From Haloquadratum walsbyi C23 (GTDB lineage: Archaea; Halobacteriota; Halobacteria; Halobacteriales; Haloferacaceae), in NCBI RefSeq assembly GCF_000237865.1, contig NC_017459.1, positions 2,310,001-2,342,000 on the forward strand: DNA of 32,000 nucleotides, read 5' to 3'. Shown in pieces: positions 10,724-18,627 of the stretch. The notes under the pieces were generated by a model. That model ran no database searches. It worked only from the letters and a program-made list of their open reading frames with translations, and had not been told where the DNA came from. A program made the position numbers and the translations under genes. Position 1 is the first letter of the stretch. The number at the start of each line of letters is the position of its first letter.

Positions 10724-11443
10724 ATGGTTGAACTCACGTTGGATCGGATTGTGAACCTCGCTGGCGACTGGACAGATGGGTCTCGGGCCAGTGAGCAATT
10801 CCGGGAAATAATCGAGGACGAACAAACCACGACTGAAGAGATCGAAGCGTATCTGCAGGAAGCAATCAACGGGAGCGAACCGTACCACAACAAAGCGTTA
10901 CAGGACCTCGTCAACAATTTCGGACGCCGACTCGGGTTTGAAATTGAGTACGGTGTGTATCAGGGTCGGAGTGACACGATTGGATATGATGGACACTGGA
11001 TTTCGACAGCGACTGATGATGATACGCACCTGGTGGTGGAAACAAAGACGAACACTGCCTATTCGATCGATCCCGGGCAAGCAGGTGAGTACATGGCACA
11101 ATTCGTTGATGAGCATGAGGTTAATCGTGAGCAAGTCTACGGACTCTATGTAATCGGAGAAGGGGATGTAGAGACGGTATCACAGACAGTGCTTGGGTCG
11201 CAGTACCGTGATCGAATGCGGGTAATAACTGCACAGCGTCTGCTTGATTTGCTTGAAATCCAAGAGGATTCAGGGCTACGACATGATCAGGTAGTTGATG
11301 TCCTGCTCCCGATCAACGCGGTTGATGTTGGTCAACTTGTGGGCCTGGTTCAAGACGTGATTGAGTTTCGCGCTCGTCGATTGATTTGCCATCATCCGTA
11401 TTCTGGCACAGGTGATACAGTGTCTGGAGGTCTTCGCCGCTGA
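10724..11443 (+). CDS. Hypothetical protein with a PD-(D/E)xK-like (restriction-endonuclease fold) signature
   Basis: 239 aa. ..LQDLVNNFGRRLGFEIEYGVYQGRSDTIGYDGHWIS....THLVVETKTN.. gives a D...ExK arrangement like Mrr/restriction nuclease cores. The last ~35 aa (..RARRLICHHPYSGTGDTVSGGLRR) look non-native and overlap a minus-strand remnant, so the 3' end may be a fusion artefact. Confidence 0.5.
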   Translation: MVELTLDRIVNLAGDWTDGSRASEQFREIIEDEQTTTEEIEAYLQEAINGSEPYHNKALQDLVNNFGRRLGFEIEYGVYQGRSDTIGYDGHWISTATDDDTHLVVETKTNTAYSIDPGQAGEYMAQFVDEHEVNREQVYGLYVIGEGDVETVSQTVLGSQYRDRMRVITAQRLLDLLEIQEDSGLRHDQVVDVLLPINAVDVGQLVGLVQDVIEFRARRLICHHPYSGTGDTVSGGLRR

Positions 11444-11727
11444 TACGGTCGTTGTTGGCAACTAAACTTTGAACGAGGTCACGAACAACAGTAAATGCCC
11501 ACCCTTTCCTTAACGACCGCAAGCCGAAACCGATCTCGTCTTCGGCAGTCACCCCGTTCTGCGAGGTCGGCTGGAACCATGCCCGACAGAAGTTGCGTGA
11601 GAGTAGAATCCACTGTGGGCCCCAACACAATTACATTATTCTCACCTGTCAGCTTCACGAGCGTCTCCACGACGCTCTCGCCGGGAATCATCTCAACCTC
11701 ACCTGTGCACTCGATCTCGCTGCTCAA
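11313..11727 (-). pseudogene. Frameshifted remnant of an unidentified gene
   Basis: Two overlapping minus ORFs in different frames. 11479..11727 reads MSSEIECTGEVEMIPGESVVETLVKLTGENNVIVLGPTVDSTLTQLLSGMVPADLAE... 11313..11630 reads ..GVTAEDEIGFGLRSLRKGWAFTVVRDLVQSLVANNDRISGEDLQTLYHLCQNTDDGKSIDERE... Together they read like one acidic protein broken by a frameshift near 11540-11600. No family recognised. Confidence 0.3.
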
Positions 11728-11776
11728 GTAGGTCCGAAGCCACCCCGAACCCGACGTTCAAGTACGATGCCGGCAT

Positions 11777-12067
11777 ATGAATCGTATGAGCCAGGTTTCG
11801 AGGCGGATCGTGCAGGAACTACACGACGAGCCACACCTCGAAGGCCGACGGATCACCGTCCAGTTCATCAAAACGCAGGTCGAGGACCGCGGCCTCGAAC
11901 CGCGGACGGTAGCCGACCGTCACGATATCGATGTGGCGGATGTTTACAGGGCACTCACGTACTACCACGACCACCCGGAAGAGATGCGCGCCGTCGAACG
12001 CCAGCGCGAGGAGGCAGTCGAGGACCACAAGCATCTCACCACCGACCCTGACGACGTCCGCGACTGA
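11777..12067 (+). CDS. DUF433-family protein (antitoxin-like partner of DUF5615)
   Basis: 96 aa. ..EPHLEGRRITVQFI...DIDVADVYRALTYYHDHPEEM.. parallels the second copy at 19867..20166 (..LNGKPRIEGTRIGVFSI...DCAQVQAALDYYDEHPELI..). Its stop overlaps the next start as TGATG (12065-12069). The start may be the Met at 11786. Confidence 0.8.
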   Translation: MNRMSQVSRRIVQELHDEPHLEGRRITVQFIKTQVEDRGLEPRTVADRHDIDVADVYRALTYYHDHPEEMRAVERQREEAVEDHKHLTTDPDDVRD

Positions 12068-12408
12068 TGGCGTATCGAATCCTCGCAGACGAGAACGTTG
12101 AGCGGGCGACAGTCAATTATCTGCGAAAACTCGGTCACGACGTCGAACGACTCGACGATGTCGCCGAACTCGGATTAGGTACCGACGACGGACCGATCGC
12201 TCGGTACGCCCGCGGTCACGACCGTCTGATCCTCACGCAGGACGACGACTTCTTCACCTAACTGGACATCGAGGACACGGCAGGTGTCCTCTTTCAACGG
12301 GACCAGACGCTGTCTACGCGCGAGGTGGGGAACGCCGTTCACGAGATGTCGCAGTACCTCGACCAGTCCGACGTGACCCTCGAATACGTCAGCAGGAATT
12401 GGCTGTGA
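12067..12408 (+). pseudogene. DUF5615-family (PIN-like, toxin-like) gene interrupted by an in-frame TAA
   Basis: ORF 12067..12261 reads MAYRILADENVERATVNYLRKLGHDVERLDDV...RLILTQDDDFFT and stops at TAA 12259-12261. The same frame then continues open for 48 more codons (LDIEDTAGVLFQRDQTLSTREVGNAVHEMSQYLDQSDVTLEYVSRNWL) to TGA at 12406-12408. That gives a ~113-codon span (64 + stop + 48), comparable to the intact 108-aa paralogue at 19535..19861. Confidence 0.75.
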
Positions 12409-12582
12409 CGAAGGGAGAAGACATGCAGTTCACGGCTGAAAGTGACACTTGATTCTCCTGCGGTCCAAATTCAGACATAGAATAGCCATTAGAAGGTCTG
12501 GTGGTAGTTAATTCCCGAGGAACGGTGATGGCGAGGCCTCGGGAGAAGGCGCATTTGTTTAACGCAAGTTGTACGCTGGTTT

Positions 12583-13602
12583 TTAGATGACGCGGTTTTG
12601 CAGTGGGTCGTCGGTATCAAATCTGCGGACATTTTCTGCAACAATATCTGCGAGTCGCTCCCAATACTGTGGTGTATGACCTGAGTTGTGTGGCGTGATA
12701 AGAACATTCTCAAAGTCCCACAGCGGGTGTGATGATGGAAGCGGTTCTGGATCCGTCACATCAAGTAATGCACCACGGATTTCACTTGTTTGAATTGCTC
12801 TGACAAGTGCATCGGTATCAACAATCGGACCACGGGCAATATTGATTAATACAGCCTCCGGTGGCATTGTGCGAAATGCTTCTGCATCAAACAATCCAGC
12901 CGTCAGATCTGAAAGTGGGCAAGCAACAACAACGTATTCCGAACGTGCAAGTGCGTCATATACCGCAGCATCTGAAAAGCTGACAACTTCGTCTGTTGGA
13001 CCACCCTTTTCAGGCGAGTAGCGAACCCCAATGGTATGCACATCAAACGGTTTTAATCGCTTCGTCACTGCCATTCCGATTGTTCCAAGACCGAGTATAC
13101 AAACGGTTGATCCCTTGAGTTCATATGACTGAAATGACCGCCATTCGCTGCGTTCACCGCGGTGCCATGCAAGGTGGAATTGTCGAGCAAATGAGAGAAT
13201 ACCGCCAATAACATGCTCAGAAATATTCGGACCGTGGACACCCGAGGCATTTGTGACGGCAATATCTGCAGTCTCAAATGCCTCTGTCTGGAGATGACCT
13301 GTCCCAGCGTATACGCAGCCGAAAAGTGAGAGATTATTTGCAACAACTGGGTCGTCTGTTGATACATCATGATCTGGTCCGAGAGAAACGCCTGTTGGAA
13401 GTGAATATCCAGTAACAATCTCCGCATTCGCGAGTAATTCCCGCTCCTCGACGGGAGTCTGAGCGAGCGTGACTGTTCGATCAGGCAAGCGCTCGCGTAA
13501 ACACTCAGCGTACTCTTCAGCAGGGAGCCCATGTATTTTCTGTTTGAGTACAACAATGCCCGGATTAGAGGTGTTCGTATCGATTACATCTGTCATCAAC
13601 AT
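12583..13602 (-). CDS. D-isomer-specific 2-hydroxyacid dehydrogenase family protein
   Basis: 339 aa. Contains GSTVCILGLGTIGMAVTKRL (NAD fold), INIARGPIVDTDALVRAI, LDVTDPEPLP and ITPHNSG (catalytic His). Backbone-like GC. Confidence 0.88.
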   Translation of the reverse strand: MLMTDVIDTNTSNPGIVVLKQKIHGLPAEEYAECLRERLPDRTVTLAQTPVEERELLANAEIVTGYSLPTGVSLGPDHDVSTDDPVVANNLSLFGCVYAGTGHLQTEAFETADIAVTNASGVHGPNISEHVIGGILSFARQFHLAWHRGERSEWRSFQSYELKGSTVCILGLGTIGMAVTKRLKPFDVHTIGVRYSPEKGGPTDEVVSFSDAAVYDALARSEYVVVACPLSDLTAGLFDAEAFRTMPPEAVLINIARGPIVDTDALVRAIQTSEIRGALLDVTDPEPLPSSHPLWDFENVLITPHNSGHTPQYWERLADIVAENVRRFDTDDPLQNRVI

Positions 13603-13744
13603 ACAGGCGTACTCGTGACCAGAATATATCAGTTATTGCTCATCGGCTCTGTGAATGATCTTGCATCGTATCATAAGACGTTCACTCGATGGGTAGACAC
13701 AGGCTTACAGTCACGGTGTTTAATATCCGTCCAGACGCTATAAT

Positions 13745-15184
13745 ATGTATATGGAGCGATTCGACGTTGCTGTTATCGGGGGAGGTCCAGCGGGCGCAGC
13801 GGCTGCGCGTGCGGCTGCTGTGAATGGAGCCTCTGCGGTGGTCCTTGAGCGCGGTGTCCCACGTGCAGACCGACCAGGTCAACTCGGTCCAGATTCGACT
13901 GATGCCGCGGGAATTCTTGATTATTGGGTGGATATTATGGATATTGACCCCGAGGAGTTTCCTGATGATGTAATTCTTGATGAACTTGATCAGGCGACAT
14001 TTATCGGACCGACGGAGTCTCTGACCCTTGAGTCAACGGGAATTGACTCCTCATATGATAATTTTGGATTTTGCATGCATCGTGCACGATTCGATGATTT
14101 CCTTCGTGAGCGCGCTGAGGATGCCGGTGCTACCTATCGTGTTGGGACCGCCGTCCGAGATGTCGAGACAAGCGCGAATCAAGTTACCGCGACAGATGGT
14201 GGTGTCGCAGCCGATGTTTCCCATGCCACGAACGCAGGACCACGACATACAATTCAACTTGCTGATAATACCAATATTGGTGCCTCAGTCGTTATTCTCG
14301 CTGATGGACCACAGCGACAGGTGACGAATCGCGTTCTCGATACATATCTCTCATTTGATGTGACCGACCGACTCTCGACCCGTGATGCAAATCATATTGC
14401 ATATCAAGAACATCGTGAGTTGCCTGCTGCGGTTGCTGAGGAGGTTTCACGCTCGATTCTGTTTTGGTGGGGACATATGCCCGGACACACAGCGTATCCA
14501 TGGATCTTCCCGAATGATGGAAACATTGCACGAATTGGGTTGACAATGCCGATTGGGCTGACACTTGATGAGGTTTCTGACCCGGATTCATATCCATTAC
14601 TCAATGCTGATGATGAGCAACTTCCGCGTGGAAGTGAGTATATCGAACGCCTTCTTAAACAGGAATATGGTGACCGATATGATATCCCTGAGGATTTCCC
14701 CCTCGTCGAAAGTCGTGGCAAAGATAATGGGACTGAAACATATGCGATTTCATCAACACGCCCAATTGATTCACCAGCAGAAGCAGGTATTCTAGTTGTC
14801 GGTGGAGCAATGGGAACGACGTCGGCATTTCACGAGGGTGGCGATCATACAGCGATGCGAACAGGTGCTATTGCAGGTGAAGTCGCTGCGACAGGCGAGC
14901 TCGAATCATACAATGATCGGTGGAAGGACGCTATTGGTGATGAGATTCTTCGAAATGTTGCAATGGCTGATATTGTCCGTGAGTATGAGCCAGACGACTG
15001 GGATTGGGCGTTCAAAACAGCACAATCACTGCTCGATGACTCTACGAAATATAAATTACTGGATATTAATAATCTCACTGCGGGGATTGGTGCTGCCCGG
15101 CTTCTAACCAGATATAAACGAACGAAATTCCGCTATCGAAATGATAGATACGTTCAAATCCGCGAATCGGAGTACGTAGTCTAA
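13745..15184 (+). CDS. FAD-dependent oxidoreductase, geranylgeranyl reductase family
   Basis: 479 aa. Contains FDVAVIGGGPAGAAAARAAAVNGASAVVLERG (FAD beta-alpha-beta), ..YPWIFPNDGNIARIGLTMP.. and ..VVGGAMGTTSAFHEGGDHTAMRTGAIAG... Confidence 0.85.
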   Translation: MYMERFDVAVIGGGPAGAAAARAAAVNGASAVVLERGVPRADRPGQLGPDSTDAAGILDYWVDIMDIDPEEFPDDVILDELDQATFIGPTESLTLESTGIDSSYDNFGFCMHRARFDDFLRERAEDAGATYRVGTAVRDVETSANQVTATDGGVAADVSHATNAGPRHTIQLADNTNIGASVVILADGPQRQVTNRVLDTYLSFDVTDRLSTRDANHIAYQEHRELPAAVAEEVSRSILFWWGHMPGHTAYPWIFPNDGNIARIGLTMPIGLTLDEVSDPDSYPLLNADDEQLPRGSEYIERLLKQEYGDRYDIPEDFPLVESRGKDNGTETYAISSTRPIDSPAEAGILVVGGAMGTTSAFHEGGDHTAMRTGAIAGEVAATGELESYNDRWKDAIGDEILRNVAMADIVREYEPDDWDWAFKTAQSLLDDSTKYKLLDINNLTAGIGAARLLTRYKRTKFRYRNDRYVQIRESEYVV

Positions 15185-15744
15185 ATGGAAAGCAGCGCGA
15201 GTTCTCCGCGCCACCGTGATCGGAGTGCTTCACATGCGATATGCATCTGTCGAGTGATCTGAGAGATAAGACACAACGACCATTAGCAGTGAATATCTAT
15301 TGATAATACGCACCCTTTGTCCCCGTCCGAGTATTCCTATTACAGGAGCGATGAACAGACGGCGAACCCGGGTGTGTAACATACATGGGTTTGTCTGTAC
15401 CCCAAACGGACCGCCTGACACGAGGGTTTCCCGGCTGATGTGGCATGCCGCCCAAAGATGATGCCGGTCGTTAGTGTCTCGGGCGACACAAACAATATTA
15501 TATGAAAATTTGAGATATCTTGATTATCAATTACAAGTATTGTATTTGCGGGGAGATGCTAAATCCCACATTAGAGTTAATCGATCCTTGATCTTCATAC
15601 TGACTCTAAGTTGCTGGTACATGTGGTTATATGATTTTATCGAATAGTAAATATATTTCTGCGATTGAAAATATCGGAGATTAATTATATTTGTTGTACA
15701 AATGTTATATATCTGAAATTATATCCACCACCAAATATAAACTC

Positions 15745-16965
15745 ATGGTATCCAACATTATGCATAGAATGGAGTCCAATAAACAGGATGTAGCGATCCT
15801 AGGTGGAGCTGTCTCTGGACTTGCAGCAGCCACAGGACTAGCTGAATCTGATTGTATCGGTGATATCAGGATATTCGAACGTCAAAAATATAGTGAGAAA
15901 CGTGTCGACTGTGGTGAGGCAATCAATGATTCTACGCTGATCCCTCTAGAGAAAACAAAAGAGAATGGCTTTCTAAATAATGTCGACGGGTTTCAACTTC
16001 AAGTATATACAGGAACGAGGCGAGATAGTAATGAGTCACCACTCGGTATCTCGAATCTACAATGTGACGCTGGCTACATTTGTGATCGCGATACAATAGA
16101 AGCTCAATGGGCAGACAAACTCAGCAATCAAGATGTTTCATTTAAAACCGGATCGTCCGTAACCACGTCCGAATATTGGGACATTATAGATGAATATGAC
16201 TATGTGATTGATGCAACCGGTCAACCCTCGCTAACACATAAGATTCGAGATATGACTGGTGATTACACGGGTGATATGATTGCACTAAATGCGACTGTCG
16301 AAGGCGACTTTGACGAATATCTTGACTATCCGCGAATATTCTTTGAGGGTTATGTAGGGTATTCATGGTCATTCCCAAAGTCTGATCATAGCGCAAACGT
16401 TGGCATTGGATGGGCTGGTGACGAACGACCAGACGATTATATGTCCGCCTTAGAGGCTGCAGCTCAGCGTAATGGGTTTCCGGTTCCTGATCAGGATGAT
16501 GTAAATATATACACAATTCCTCGTGGACCAAGTTTGGATCCTGAGGATACGCACATACCCGAAGACAGTGTCTTCTTAGTCGGTGATGCGGCTGGCATCG
16601 CAAACCGATATCAGGGAGAAGGAATTTGTCAAGGAGTTCGGTCAGCGTATTTACTTAGTGATCTTATCATAAATGGAGAGGAAGAAAAATATACCACGCA
16701 GTTATTCAATAGCATGAAATCAGAATACTGCCTCGCGCATCTTATGCGCGGCGCTTGGGTTGAGCATGAAAATCCTGAGCTTCTGGCTAGTGTTGCAGAG
16801 GCTATTGAAGGGCTCACGATTGATGACATTACTCGGCAACCTCACCGTGTTGTTATGAGATTGTTGAAACATCCACGCACTGCTGCAGGATTAATCGCAG
16901 ACCGTGGGATGGTTGGACGAGTCCTCAATGCGTATACAGATTCTTGGGAGTATTCGCAAGCATGA
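15745..16965 (+). CDS. Divergent FAD-dependent oxidoreductase, geranylgeranyl reductase family (second copy, AT-rich)
   Basis: The ORF track begins at a TTG (15691). ATG candidates are at 15745, 15760 and 15769, and the last two give a normal spacing to DVAILGGAVSGLAAATGLAE (FAD fold). Also contains ..GYSWSFPKSDHSANVGIGW.. and FLVGDAAGIANRYQGEGICQGVRSAYLLSDLI. Acidic, halophile-type composition despite the low GC. Confidence 0.75.
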   Translation: MVSNIMHRMESNKQDVAILGGAVSGLAAATGLAESDCIGDIRIFERQKYSEKRVDCGEAINDSTLIPLEKTKENGFLNNVDGFQLQVYTGTRRDSNESPLGISNLQCDAGYICDRDTIEAQWADKLSNQDVSFKTGSSVTTSEYWDIIDEYDYVIDATGQPSLTHKIRDMTGDYTGDMIALNATVEGDFDEYLDYPRIFFEGYVGYSWSFPKSDHSANVGIGWAGDERPDDYMSALEAAAQRNGFPVPDQDDVNIYTIPRGPSLDPEDTHIPEDSVFLVGDAAGIANRYQGEGICQGVRSAYLLSDLIINGEEEKYTTQLFNSMKSEYCLAHLMRGAWVEHENPELLASVAEAIEGLTIDDITRQPHRVVMRLLKHPRTAAGLIADRGMVGRVLNAYTDSWEYSQA

Positions 16966-16978
16966 TACTACATCAAAC

Positions 16979-18019
16979 ATGAAGTTTGATTATAATACTC
17001 ATTGGGTGAGTAGACATGTTGAGGATGGATTACTAGGGATTGAACGCCCGATTATTGCCAGTATTCTAAAATTCACTCTTGTCTGGGATATCATTGCACT
17101 CATATTTACATTTCTACATTGGGAGTCAATGTCACTTTCGTTTGTGTATGCTTCTGCACTTGGACTATTTTGGGTTAATATCGCGCCGTTTCTAATTTGG
17201 TACTATGATGAACGGGTGCTACCAGGGTTTTTTGACGATCTGTTTGAGATAATCTCAGACTTAGAGGAACGCCAGTATCTTGCTAAAAAGTATAACAACT
17301 TCTTTGCTCAACATCGAGCCTCAGTCTCACTTCTCTGGGGTGGTGCTGCGATAGTAATCGTGTTCGTAAGCGAGTCTGCTCTTCGAGCACAAGGTATGTC
17401 CGGGAGTGGAGAGATATTTTTATGGATAACTTATGCTTATGCGGGCTATGTCGGTGGTGTGCTGGGTCATGGATTTATCGGACCAATAACTACTATTCTT
17501 CTTATCCGAGAAGTTACGCAATACAAACTGGAGATTGATCCGCTGCATCCAGACGGTCTAGGTGGTCTCAGTACTGTTGGCTACGTCTCAGTGCGGACTA
17601 CGCTCCTATATTCATCTGGTTCGTTATTCCTTCCATTATTGTTTTACTTTTCATCGGCTGGAGGTATGTCATCGGTCATATTCGTAATTGCAGGAATATA
17701 CGTTCTCTCAATTCTCATCTCTTTCATATACCCAACAGCTATTGTCAATCGTCGGGCTCAAGAATATCGAGACTCGATTCTTGAGGACCTTCGCCAGCAA
17801 TATATTGAAATTGAAGAGAATATGGATGTGCCCCAGGTTGATGATGTCACAGAATTAAACAGACGGCTTGAATTACAACGTCTTCAAAAAAAGTATGAAA
17901 ACTATGATTCTGTCAATCTATATCCATTCCAACTGAGTGTCCTCACTCGACTTGCGGGGTCAATTATCCTTCCAATTCTCTTCATGTTAATTGAAATATA
18001 TTTGCCTGACATAATATAA
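16979..18019 (+). CDS. Uncharacterised polytopic membrane protein with a C-terminal charged/coiled segment
   Basis: The ORF track starts at 16904 and overlaps the previous gene. ATG 16979 (MKFDYNTHW) lies 14 nt after that gene's stop. There are about 7-8 hydrophobic segments (e.g. IASILKFTLVWDIIALIFTFLHW, FVYASALGLFWVNIAPFLIWYY, IFLWITYAYAGYVGGVLGHGFIGPITTILLI, VIFVIAGIYVLSILISFIYP, LAGSIILPILFMLIEIYLP). A charged stretch RRAQEYRDSILEDLRQQYIEIEENMD...LNRRLELQRLQKKYENY is also present. No family recognised. Confidence 0.65.
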   Translation: MKFDYNTHWVSRHVEDGLLGIERPIIASILKFTLVWDIIALIFTFLHWESMSLSFVYASALGLFWVNIAPFLIWYYDERVLPGFFDDLFEIISDLEERQYLAKKYNNFFAQHRASVSLLWGGAAIVIVFVSESALRAQGMSGSGEIFLWITYAYAGYVGGVLGHGFIGPITTILLIREVTQYKLEIDPLHPDGLGGLSTVGYVSVRTTLLYSSGSLFLPLLFYFSSAGGMSSVIFVIAGIYVLSILISFIYPTAIVNRRAQEYRDSILEDLRQQYIEIEENMDVPQVDDVTELNRRLELQRLQKKYENYDSVNLYPFQLSVLTRLAGSIILPILFMLIEIYLPDII

Positions 18020-18627
18020 ATACATTGACAATAATACGGTAAATAGGTGTAAACTGTATTGGAATTCGTACACTATGCAATTGTGATACTTGATACTGAA
18101 TTATGAGATACTTCAATCAACAAGTATTCCATGCATAGAAATCCTCGGCTAAGATTATGCTGAGATAGCTCGTAGGGAGGAAGCAGTAGCGTGAATTCTC
18201 TGTATACTATGAATAAGCGTTGATATGCCTAATTATCATTCAGGTATTTGAGGCGGGGAATTGAGTCTCCGATTACTGTATATGATGAGTAACTGCTTTC
18301 AGAGAAATAAAATCAAACGAATTTCCAATTCGGCATGACATCTTGGACTGAATCTATCGATACATAGTTTTCAATCGTTCTAAATTCTTATTTCTTATTT
18401 CCTGCGCTTCTTTATTGATCTTCAATGTTGGATACAATATCTAACTGCCCGATAGATATCAACAAAATAAAAATCATAGCAATCAGCAATCGTTTTGAAA
18501 GCTGATTGACAACGAGGCAGTTGATGTACTTGAGTCCTAGCTACAGCGCAGGACGACGTCTAGACGCTTCAGCACAGCGACCAGTCCCCATCCTCACCCG
18601 TAATAACCACACCGCCTGACTCTACTG

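Larger units (their letters stand above)
8100..12540. mobile_element. Higher-GC foreign segment (remnant of a defence/mobile island); boundaries approximate
   Basis: My line counts give ~50-58% GC here against ~45% in flanking backbone genes. Content is a truncated orphan hsdR, a nuclease-fold ORF, a frameshifted remnant and a TA-like pair with a nonsense codon. The left edge lies between the asd stop (8055) and the in-frame stop just before hsdR (8196-8198). The right edge lies before the dehydrogenase stop (12583). Confidence 0.5.
15490..18540. other. AT-rich compositional island (27-43% GC per 60-nt line); boundaries approximate
   Basis: My counts of individual lines: 15481-15540 27%, 15541-15600 40%, 17001-17060 43%, 17641-17700 38%, 18301-18360 35%. 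Backbone lines give ~45% and the flanking foreign blocks 50-58%. The block holds two genes and ~850 bp of ORF-free DNA (15490-15744 and 18020-18627). Confidence 0.6.

Noticed and set aside
11593-12051. 152-aa Arg/Pro-rich + ORF
   Set aside because: It is an alternative frame overlapping the DUF433 gene in a high-GC stretch. It has a basic, low-complexity product and no motifs.
15152-15161. tRNA-like T-loop string gttcaaatcc, plus a general search for tRNA genes as integration targets
   Set aside because: The string lies inside CDS 13745..15184, and no acceptor or anticodon stems can be built around it. I found no convincing tRNA near any island border.
15190-15490. Possible SRP (7S) RNA or RNase P RNA, prompted by CCUGUAAUAGG on the minus strand (an Alu-domain UGUAAU-like motif) and the nested helices
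   Set aside because: On either strand I could not find the conserved SRP helix-8 signature (a GNRA loop with flanking ..AGG../..AGCA..). I also found no RNase P GGAAAGUCC box. It is kept only as an unassigned structured region.
18020-18627. ~600-bp ORF-free AT-rich stretch, examined for small genes, repeats or an origin-like structure
   Set aside because: I saw only very short hydrophobic ORFs (e.g. a 21-codon one on the minus strand). I found no clear direct or inverted repeats or ORB-like elements by eye. It is left as unexplained spacer, mentioned under the AT-rich cassette finding.
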